A DNA stretch of 57,160 nucleotides. It comes from a virus. Lineage: Duplodnaviria > Caudoviricetes. Within the stretch, counting starts at the first letter, position 1. The number at the start of each line of letters is the position of its first letter. The notes below the pieces were generated by a model. It searched no databases. It was given only the letters and a program-made list of their open reading frames with translations, and was not told the DNA's origin. Position numbers and translations under genes: made by a program. The DNA lies in IMG/VR virus record IMGVR_UViG_3300022843_000014, positions 1-57,160 of that record; one strand, given 5' to 3'. Shown in pieces: positions 51,321-57,087 of this stretch.

Positions 51321-52088
51321 ATGATAAAATTAATAGATTTACTAGAAAACAAAATTCTTGTTACAAGACGTTCCCCTGAAGAACGCTCTAAGAACTTTTT
51401 AATTGCTACTCAAAAGAAAATCCAACAGTATATAAAAGATGGGAGTAAAGGTGATCTTGATTTAGAAAATACTCCAATAATCTCCCTACCTCAAGGTTTA
51501 ACAGTAGGAGGTTATCTTAATTTAGGTAGAACACCAATAACCTCCCTACCTCAAGGTTTAACAGTAGGAGGTGATCTTAATTTAGAAAATACCCCAATAA
51601 CCTCCCTACCTCAAGGTTTAGAAGTAGGAGGTTATCTTAATTTAAGAAATACACCAATAACCTCCCTACCCCAAGGCTTAACAGTAGGAGGTTATCTTGA
51701 TTTAGAAAATACCAAAATAACCTCCCTACCTCAAGATTTAACAATAAGAGGTGATCTTGATTTAAGAGGTACTCCCATTACTTCTTTACCTCAAGGCTTA
51801 AAAGTAGGTGGTTATCTTTATTTAGGAAATACCAAAATAACCTCATTACCACAAGGTTTAACAGTAGGGGGTTATCTTAATTTAAGAGATACCAAAATAA
51901 CCTTTCTACCACAAGGTTTAACAGTAGGGGGTAATCTTAATTTATATGGGAGTAAAATAACCTCTCTCCCTCAAGATTTAACAGTAGGAGGTTCTCTTTA
52001 TTTAACTAATACCCCACTTTCCAAAAAATATAGTGAAGAACAAATCAAACAAATGGTACCTGGTGTGAAGGGTGAAATTTATATATAA
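51321..52088 (+). CDS. LRR protein 2 (9 full 20-aa repeats)
   Basis: 60-bp tandem repeat; MIKLIDLLE leader. Confidence 0.9.
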   Translation: MIKLIDLLENKILVTRRSPEERSKNFLIATQKKIQQYIKDGSKGDLDLENTPIISLPQGLTVGGYLNLGRTPITSLPQGLTVGGDLNLENTPITSLPQGLEVGGYLNLRNTPITSLPQGLTVGGYLDLENTKITSLPQDLTIRGDLDLRGTPITSLPQGLKVGGYLYLGNTKITSLPQGLTVGGYLNLRDTKITFLPQGLTVGGNLNLYGSKITSLPQDLTVGGSLYLTNTPLSKKYSEEQIKQMVPGVKGEIYI

Positions 52089-52795
52089 TGATAAAACTAA
52101 TAGATCTCTTAGAAAATAAAATCCTAGTCCCTAGACGCTCTCCTGAGGAACGCTCTAAGAATTTTTTAATTGCTACTCAAAAGAAAATCCAACAATACAT
52201 GAAGGATGGAAGTAAAGGTGATCTTGATTTAAGAGATACCCCAATAACCACCCTCCCCCAAGATTTAACAGTAGGTGGTTATCTTTATTTAGGAAATACC
52301 AAAATAACCTCATTACCACAAGGTTTAACAGTAGGAGGTAATCTTAATTTATTTGGGACTAAAATAACCACTCTACCTCAAGGTTTAACAGTAGGAGGTA
52401 ATCTTAATTTAAGATATACCCCACTAACCTCTCTACCTCAAGGTTTAAAAGTAGGAGGTTATCTTAATTTATTTGGGACTAGAATAACCTCCCTACCCCA
52501 AGGTTTAACAGTAGGAGGTGATCTTAATTTAGAAAATACCCCAATAACCTCCCTACCTCAAGGTTTAGAAGTAGGAAAGGATCTTTATTTAAGAGATACC
52601 AAAATAACCTCTCTACCTCAGGGTTTAAAAGTAGGAGGTGATCTTAATCTAGCTAATATCCCAATAACTTCTCTACCCAAAGGTTTAACAGTAGGAGGTT
52701 CTCTTGATTTAGAAGATACCCCCATCTCTAAAAAATATACTAAAGAACAAATTAAACAAATGGTGCCTGGAGTAAAAGGTGAAGTTTATATGTGA
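52088..52795 (+). CDS. LRR protein 3 (8 full 20-aa repeats)
   Basis: 60-bp tandem repeat; MIKLIDLLE leader. Confidence 0.9.
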   Translation: MIKLIDLLENKILVPRRSPEERSKNFLIATQKKIQQYMKDGSKGDLDLRDTPITTLPQDLTVGGYLYLGNTKITSLPQGLTVGGNLNLFGTKITTLPQGLTVGGNLNLRYTPLTSLPQGLKVGGYLNLFGTRITSLPQGLTVGGDLNLENTPITSLPQGLEVGKDLYLRDTKITSLPQGLKVGGDLNLANIPITSLPKGLTVGGSLDLEDTPISKKYTKEQIKQMVPGVKGEVYM

Positions 52796-52874
52796 AAACA
52801 CAATGATAAAACTAATAGAAAACTTGGCGATATTACTTCTCCTTCATATATTTATAACTGTATAAAAATAACTA

Positions 52875-53024
52875 ATGACAACTATTCAAAGCATATTTAC
52901 AAATTTACTCTCCTCGATGCAGGTCCATAATATATGGACGCTGTGTGGTGATGTGATTTGTGGTTTGGTGTTTAATAGTGAATATAAGCAACCGAGAAAC
53001 ATTTCCGGGTTTATTATGAGTTGA
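52875..53024 (+). CDS. Putative attenuator leader peptide (49 aa)
   Basis: MTTIQSIFTNLLSSMQVHNIWTLCGDVICGLVFNSEYKQPRNISGFIMS; its 3' end overlaps the antiterminator arm. Confidence 0.6.
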   Translation: MTTIQSIFTNLLSSMQVHNIWTLCGDVICGLVFNSEYKQPRNISGFIMS

Positions 53025-53080
53025 TAATTTAAAAACATATCATTTATATAAACCCGGATCTAAAAAATTCGGGTTTTTTT
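53004..53080 (+). terminator. Terminator with competing antiterminator
   Basis: 53050-53058 pairs with 53068-53076 followed by Ts; 53004-53014 is the exact reverse complement of 53048-53058. Confidence 0.8.
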
Positions 53081-53151
53081 GTTAAAGTAAGTGTAAAAAA
53101 ACTAGGAGATGTGAAATATAGTTCGTATATTTACGTATTAAAATTAGAGAT

Positions 53152-53289
53152 ATGGAAAAATTTAAAGACACTAAAGTATTTAAAATGTTAGCTGAAAGAT
53201 GGAAAGGTAGAGACATGGAAACATATTTTATCGAAAAAAACAAAGCCTATCATGAAAAACTAAAAATTGAAGTTAAAAACTTCACATAA
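53152..53289 (+). CDS. Small early protein flanked by identical promoter repeats
   Basis: 45 aa, MEKFKDTKVF...; TAGGAGATGTGAAATATAGTTCGTATATTTACGT on both sides. Confidence 0.6.
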   Translation: MEKFKDTKVFKMLAERWKGRDMETYFIEKNKAYHEKLKIEVKNFT

Positions 53290-53341
53290 AAAATTAGGAG
53301 ATGTGAAATATAGTTCGTATATTTACGTTATAAGAAATTAA

Positions 53342-53363
53342 AGTTCATTGACATATTGGATAA
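53342..53363 (+). promoter_or_regulatory. boxA-like element before tRNA block 1
   Basis: AGTTCATTGACATATTGGATAA, identical at 55116-55137; lies between promoter and first tRNA. Confidence 0.6.
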
Positions 53364-53369
53364 TATTAA

Positions 53370-53457
53370 GGAAGGTGAAGCAGTGACATGGAGTCGCGAC
53401 TAGTCTTGAAAACTAGGTTTCGTTAATTCGGATGGGGTTCGAGTCCTCCTCCTTCCT
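53370..53457 (+). tRNA. tRNA-Ser(TGA)
   Basis: Anticodon arm CTAGT-CTTGAAA-ACTAG, long variable arm, TTCGAG T-loop. Confidence 0.8.
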
Positions 53458-53544
53458 CAAAAGATTCTACCCTGATCTGAAAGTTGGCCTAACGGCCCAG
53501 CTGATATGCTTGGTAGAGGACATAGGAGTCCTGCTTCTATATTT

Positions 53545-53616
53545 TAGCCTGTGGTATAACGGTTATTACATTTGACTTTGACTCAAATAATGGGAGTTCG
53601 ATTCTCTCCAGGCTAA
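53545..53616 (+). tRNA. tRNA-Gln(TTG)
   Basis: TAGCCTG/CAGGCTA acceptor stem; TTTGA-CTTTGAC-TCAAA. Confidence 0.9.
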
Positions 53617-53760
53617 CAATAATCAGAATAAAAGTAAATAAATTGAGATTAGTATTTATAGCAAACGGAAACTTTGCAATAGCAGCCTAGCAATAGGCTT
53701 TAAATCCTTAAACAAGGTTTATAGATTTAACGTACCGCCTGAAACGTAATTCAGGCAAAT

Positions 53761-53833
53761 GGCTCTATGATGTAACTGAATAGCATAGAAATCTTCTAAA
53801 TTTCTTGTATGGGTTTGAATCCCATTAGAGTCT
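53761..53833 (+). tRNA. tRNA-Arg(TCT)
   Basis: GGCTCTA/TAGAGTC; GAAAT-CTTCTAA-ATTTC. Confidence 0.85.
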
Positions 53834-53840
53834 CAAATAA

Positions 53841-53915
53841 GCAGGTGAGGTTAAGGTAACCGGTTGCTCTCCAAAAGCAATGATACACGAATAGGTTCGA
53901 TTCCTATCACCTGTG
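53841..53915 (+). tRNA. tRNA-Trp(CCA)
   Basis: GCAGGTG/CACCTGT; TTGCT-CTCCAAA-AGCAA; short D arm and enlarged variable region. Confidence 0.8.
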
Positions 53916-53940
53916 CAAAAATTAATATAATTATTAAATC

Positions 53941-54450
53941 ATGAAAAATCGTTATGACAAAACCTTAGTAATTGACTCTAGTTATATTGCTAGGAGTATT
54001 ATCACCACAGAAAGAGCATTTGTAGTATCATATAAGGGAAATGCAGACATAATAGAGGAATACCCAGAAACATTTGGTGTTGTAAACCCAAATCTAACAA
54101 TTTTTAAACCTTCTATTATTAGAGTACACACTTATGTAAAAATGAATTTTCAAAAAGTACCTCTAACACGTGAAAATATATTTAAAAGAGATGGGTATTT
54201 GTGTGTATATTGTGGTCACGATAAACGCAAGGATCTAACGATAGATCACGTTATACCTCAATCTAAAGGTGGGCCTAATACATGGGATAATTTAGTATCC
54301 GCTTGTATAAAATGTAATAATGAAAAAGCAAGTCTAACATTAAAGGAATATGGAAAATCTATTCCAAAACCAAAAAGACCCCATTATCTAATGTTATTAA
54401 AAAAAACATTATTTATACCGGATGAATGGAAACTTTATTTATTAATGTAG
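53941..54450 (+). CDS. HNH endonuclease (McrA-like)
   Basis: RDGYLCVYCG...TIDHVIPQSKGG..TWDNLVSACIKCN. Confidence 0.9.
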   Translation: MKNRYDKTLVIDSSYIARSIITTERAFVVSYKGNADIIEEYPETFGVVNPNLTIFKPSIIRVHTYVKMNFQKVPLTRENIFKRDGYLCVYCGHDKRKDLTIDHVIPQSKGGPNTWDNLVSACIKCNNEKASLTLKEYGKSIPKPKRPHYLMLLKKTLFIPDEWKLYLLM

Positions 54451-54456
54451 AAAATT

Positions 54457-54530
54457 GAGCAAGATGTTTATGGTTGGACAGTTAGTTTGCAAAACTAATC
54501 TTTTAGTGGGTTCGATTCCCACCTTGCTCT
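54457..54530 (+). tRNA. tRNA-Cys(GCA)
   Basis: GAGCAAG/CTTGCTC, U73; TTAGT-TTGCAAA-ACTAA. Confidence 0.85.
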
Positions 54531-54618
54531 CAAAAATATAAGTAAAAAACAAATACAAAAAAACTAGGTTACCCGGAATATAGTTCGTATATTTACACCT
54601 AATAAAAAAATAAAAGTT

Positions 54619-55053
54619 ATGAAAGAATATAAAGTAGAAGTTACAAAAAATAGTACAGAATGGTACAACATGGAAGGTAGACGTCATAGAGAAGATGGAC
54701 CTGCTATAGAGCTTGCAAACGGAGATAAATATTATTACATTAATGGTAAACGTCATAGAGAGGATGGTCCTGCTACTGAGTGGGCAAGTGGATATAAAGC
54801 TTACTACATTAATGGTAAACGTCATAGAGTGGATGGGCCTGCTGTAGAGTGGGAAAATGAATATAAGTGTTACTACATTAATGATCAACGTCATAGAGAA
54901 GATGGACCTGCTATAGAATGGGTAAATGGAGATAAGTGTTACTTCATTAATGGTGAAGAATTAACCGAAGAAGAATTTAATAGTAGAACTAAAACCTGTG
55001 AAGGTAAGGTAGTAGAGATTGACGGAGTAAAGTATAAACTATCTAAACTATAA
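54619..55053 (+). CDS. HREDGPA-repeat protein C, flanked by promoter repeats
   Basis: 144 aa like protein A with near-identical C-terminal part; promoter copies at 54565 and 55066. Confidence 0.85.
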   Translation: MKEYKVEVTKNSTEWYNMEGRRHREDGPAIELANGDKYYYINGKRHREDGPATEWASGYKAYYINGKRHRVDGPAVEWENEYKCYYINDQRHREDGPAIEWVNGDKCYFINGEELTEEEFNSRTKTCEGKVVEIDGVKYKLSKL

Positions 55054-55115
55054 TCATATAAAGACTAGGCTACCCGGAATATAGTTCGTATATTTACGGA
55101 ATAGAAAATAATAAT

Positions 55116-55137
55116 AGTTCATTGACATATTGGATAA
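55116..55137 (+). promoter_or_regulatory. boxA-like element before tRNA block 2
   Basis: Identical to 53342-53363. Confidence 0.6.
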
Positions 55138-55146
55138 GATTAAATT

Positions 55147-55219
55147 GCTCATGTGGTGGAATGGTATACACGGCTGTTTTAGAAGCAGTATTTTGCAGGT
55201 TCGAATCCTGCCATGAGTA
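55147..55219 (+). tRNA. tRNA-Leu(TAG), short variable loop
   Basis: GCTCATG/CATGAGT, A73; GCTGT-TTTAGAA-GCAGT. Confidence 0.8.
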
Positions 55220-55228
55220 CAAAAAACT

Positions 55229-55466
55229 GTTCGAGTACTAATTATGACTTATCACTCTAATTAGGAAGTAGTGGACAAATATATACTAAAGGTCATTAAT
55301 CAATAAACTAACCAGAATGGTTCTGATACTGAACTTGAGATTAAAGCGGTTGGATTCCGAAGTGTTAACAGGTTTAAAAGGGTAAGCTAGTTACTGTTAA
55401 TGCAAAAAATACAAGTTAGACGTTCGAAGGAGAACTTAAAAGGTATTCAAATCACCATTCTAACTT
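55229..55466 (+). ncRNA. Putative structured ncRNA(s) in tRNA spacer
   Basis: Nested stems 55229-37/55327-34, 55244-50/55290-96, 55362-71/55394-403, 55413-20/55459-66. Confidence 0.5.
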
Positions 55467-55470
55467 AATT

Positions 55471-55542
55471 GCCTCTAAAGCATAAATGGTAATGTGCCCG
55501 GTTTGTGCCCGGAGGAACAGGGTTCGATTCCTTGTAGAGGCT
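55471..55542 (+). tRNA. tRNA-Thr(TGT), atypical loop
   Basis: GCCTCTA/TAGAGGC, U73; CCGG-TTTGTGC-CCGG. Confidence 0.7.
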
Positions 55543-55625
55543 CTAAAAGTAATTCAACCTCGCTTAGCGATAAACTAACTCTAAAAACGTTTTACCAATG
55601 AGGGAGGTCAATGTTTACTTTTAAT

Positions 55626-55698
55626 GCGAGTGTAGCTCAATTGGCAGAGTGCTATCTTTCCACGTTAGAAGTTGGGGGTTCGAACCCCCCCACTCGCT
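55626..55698 (+). tRNA. tRNA-Gly(TCC)
   Basis: GCGAGTG/CACTCGC, U73; loop TTTCCAC. Confidence 0.88.
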
Positions 55699-55758
55699 CT
55701 TTTTTACATTTTCGGGCATTTTTATAAATTTTTGTATATGTATGATAAACAATAACAT

Positions 55759-56445
55759 ATGAAAAATATAAAATGGGAAAATGATTTATCTGGAATACTA
55801 TTAGGAAATATAATAATTAATAGTAATTCGAGTTTAAGAAGGTGGATATTAAAGAAAGAAATATTCCCCTATAAATGTAATAAATGTAAGATTGAAAAGT
55901 GGAATAGTGAGATAGTAATTTTAGAATTAGAACACATTGATGGGGATAGAAAAAACAACAAAAAAGAAAATTTAGAATTATTATGTCCCAATTGCCATTC
56001 TCAAACCAGTACATATAAAGGAAAAAATATTAAAAAAACAACACAAATTATAGACGATTCTGACAAGATCATAGACTTATTTAAAAAAGGATATAATATT
56101 AATCAAATATTAAGTACATTAAGTTGGTCAGGAGGTAAGAATTATAAAATAGTATATAAAATATTAAAAGACAAGGGAATTAACCTTCCCACAAAACATG
56201 ATATGTTTTTATTAAAAAAAGATAAGAACCAACAAAAAATAGAAAAAAAATTAAGTGTTTTACAAAATCGAATTAATATTGTTAAAACCTGTAATATTAA
56301 TTTCAACCAACATGGGTGGGGGATAAAATTATCCAAACTTATAAATTTAACTCCTTCAGCCACCCTAAAATTTATGAAAAGAGAATTACCTGAGTTTAGT
56401 AAAAAATGTTGGCAACATTCAGATAATTTAAATATACAATATTAA
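55759..56445 (+). CDS. HNH homing endonuclease in tRNA array
   Basis: CNKC...LELEHIDGDRKNN..ENLELLCPNCHSQT. Confidence 0.88.
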   Translation: MKNIKWENDLSGILLGNIIINSNSSLRRWILKKEIFPYKCNKCKIEKWNSEIVILELEHIDGDRKNNKKENLELLCPNCHSQTSTYKGKNIKKTTQIIDDSDKIIDLFKKGYNINQILSTLSWSGGKNYKIVYKILKDKGINLPTKHDMFLLKKDKNQQKIEKKLSVLQNRINIVKTCNINFNQHGWGIKLSKLINLTPSATLKFMKRELPEFSKKCWQHSDNLNIQY

Positions 56446-56453
56446 AGCAAGCG

Positions 56454-56572
56454 GTTACTTGACTCCTAATATGTACAGTAACAGTCGCCTAGATTTTAGG
56501 AAGTCTGAGGGCGGTACGTCATTAATGCTCAATTTAATGGTAGGTACGTATCAATATTATGTTAAAACCTAC
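56454..56572 (+). ncRNA. Putative kissing-loop structured RNA
   Basis: Hairpin loops TCCTAA (56464-69) and TTAGGA (56496-501) are complementary; two more hairpins follow. Confidence 0.5.
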
Positions 56573-56577
56573 ATTCT

Positions 56578-56649
56578 GCTCCTGTCGACAACTGGCTAAG
56601 TCACTACCCTTTCACGGTAGAGTAGAGGGATCGATACCCTCCAGGAGTA
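56578..56649 (+). tRNA. tRNA-Glu(TTC)
   Basis: GCTCCTG/CAGGAGT; CTACC-CTTTCAC-GGTAG. Confidence 0.85.
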
Positions 56650-56654
56650 CAATT

Positions 56655-56727
56655 GGGGATATGGTGAAATTGGCTATCATAGTAGATTTGCATTCTGCTG
56701 TTCCGAGTTCGAACCTCGGTATCTCCA
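56655..56727 (+). tRNA. tRNA-Ala(TGC)
   Basis: G3-U70 pair, A73; loop TTTGCAT. Confidence 0.88.
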
Positions 56728-56801
56728 CAATTATGGGATATCTACCTTAGGTAGGTGTTCTGTCAAGGTTTTTAAGGTTGAACCCGTAATCAACCTTAAC
56801 C

Positions 56802-56876
56802 GGTCTATTAGTGAACTGGCTATCATGCTACCCTGTCACGGTAGAGTAGAGGGATCGAAACCCTCATAGACCGCCA
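56802..56876 (+). tRNA. tRNA-Asp(GTC)
   Basis: GGTCTAT/ATAGACC, G73, encoded CCA; loop CTGTCAC. Confidence 0.88.
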
Positions 56877-56879
56877 AAT

Positions 56880-56950
56880 TGCGTTAAGGTGTAAAGGTTG
56901 CATGGGACTCTCATAAGGTCTACGGGGTGGTTCGAATCCACATTACGCAA
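56880..56950 (+). tRNA. tRNA-Met(CAT), degenerate/initiator-like
   Basis: Loop CTCATAA and TTCGAAT T-loop; several stem mismatches. Confidence 0.6.
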
Positions 56951-57011
56951 CTAAATAGTTTTATAGGTCGTTCTGTCCTTGAGTTCTATTTCAAAACTCT
57001 AAAAAAGGCAA

Positions 57012-57087
57012 GGTCCCTTAGCTCAGTCTGGTAAGTAGCAACTCGCTCATAACGAGAAGGTCACAGGTTCAAATCCTGTAGGGACCA
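57012..57087 (+). tRNA. tRNA(CAT), probably Ile2 (lysidine-type) rather than Met
   Basis: GGTCCCT/AGGGACC acceptor stem and overall resemblance to bacterial tRNA-Ile2; loop CTCATAA. Confidence 0.8.

Noticed and set aside
50786-52795. Diversity-generating retroelement acting on the LRR repeats (variable codons often look like A-to-N variants of AAT/AAA)
   Set aside because: No reverse transcriptase or non-coding template repeat in the window, and C/T synonymous differences also occur; recombination among repeats explains it more simply. Revisit only if an RT/TR exists elsewhere in the genome.
48463-52795. CRISPR-like arrays suggested by regular 60- and 69-bp periodicity
   Set aside because: The repeats are in-frame protein-coding units without unique spacers, and there are no cas genes.
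53472-53520. Hammerhead ribozyme (CTGA...GA)
   Set aside because: Core reads CTGATCTGA and lacks a correctly placed GAAA; canonical consensus not met.
53617-53760. Complete tmRNA gene
   Set aside because: No GGGG...TCCACCA-type tRNA-like ends flank the tag-like sequence and the region is too short; kept only as a tag-like observation.
1494-56363. Minus-strand ORFs in the track (e.g. 11142..11609, 28875..29465, 54442..54894)
   Set aside because: They are antisense shadows of well-supported + strand genes or tRNAs with no recognisable motifs.
56559-56750. 63-aa + strand ORF
   Set aside because: Overlaps tRNA-Glu and tRNA-Ala.
56979-57010. preQ1-I riboswitch-like stem with A-rich tail
   Set aside because: The 3' tail cannot pair with the loop as required, and it precedes a tRNA rather than a que gene.
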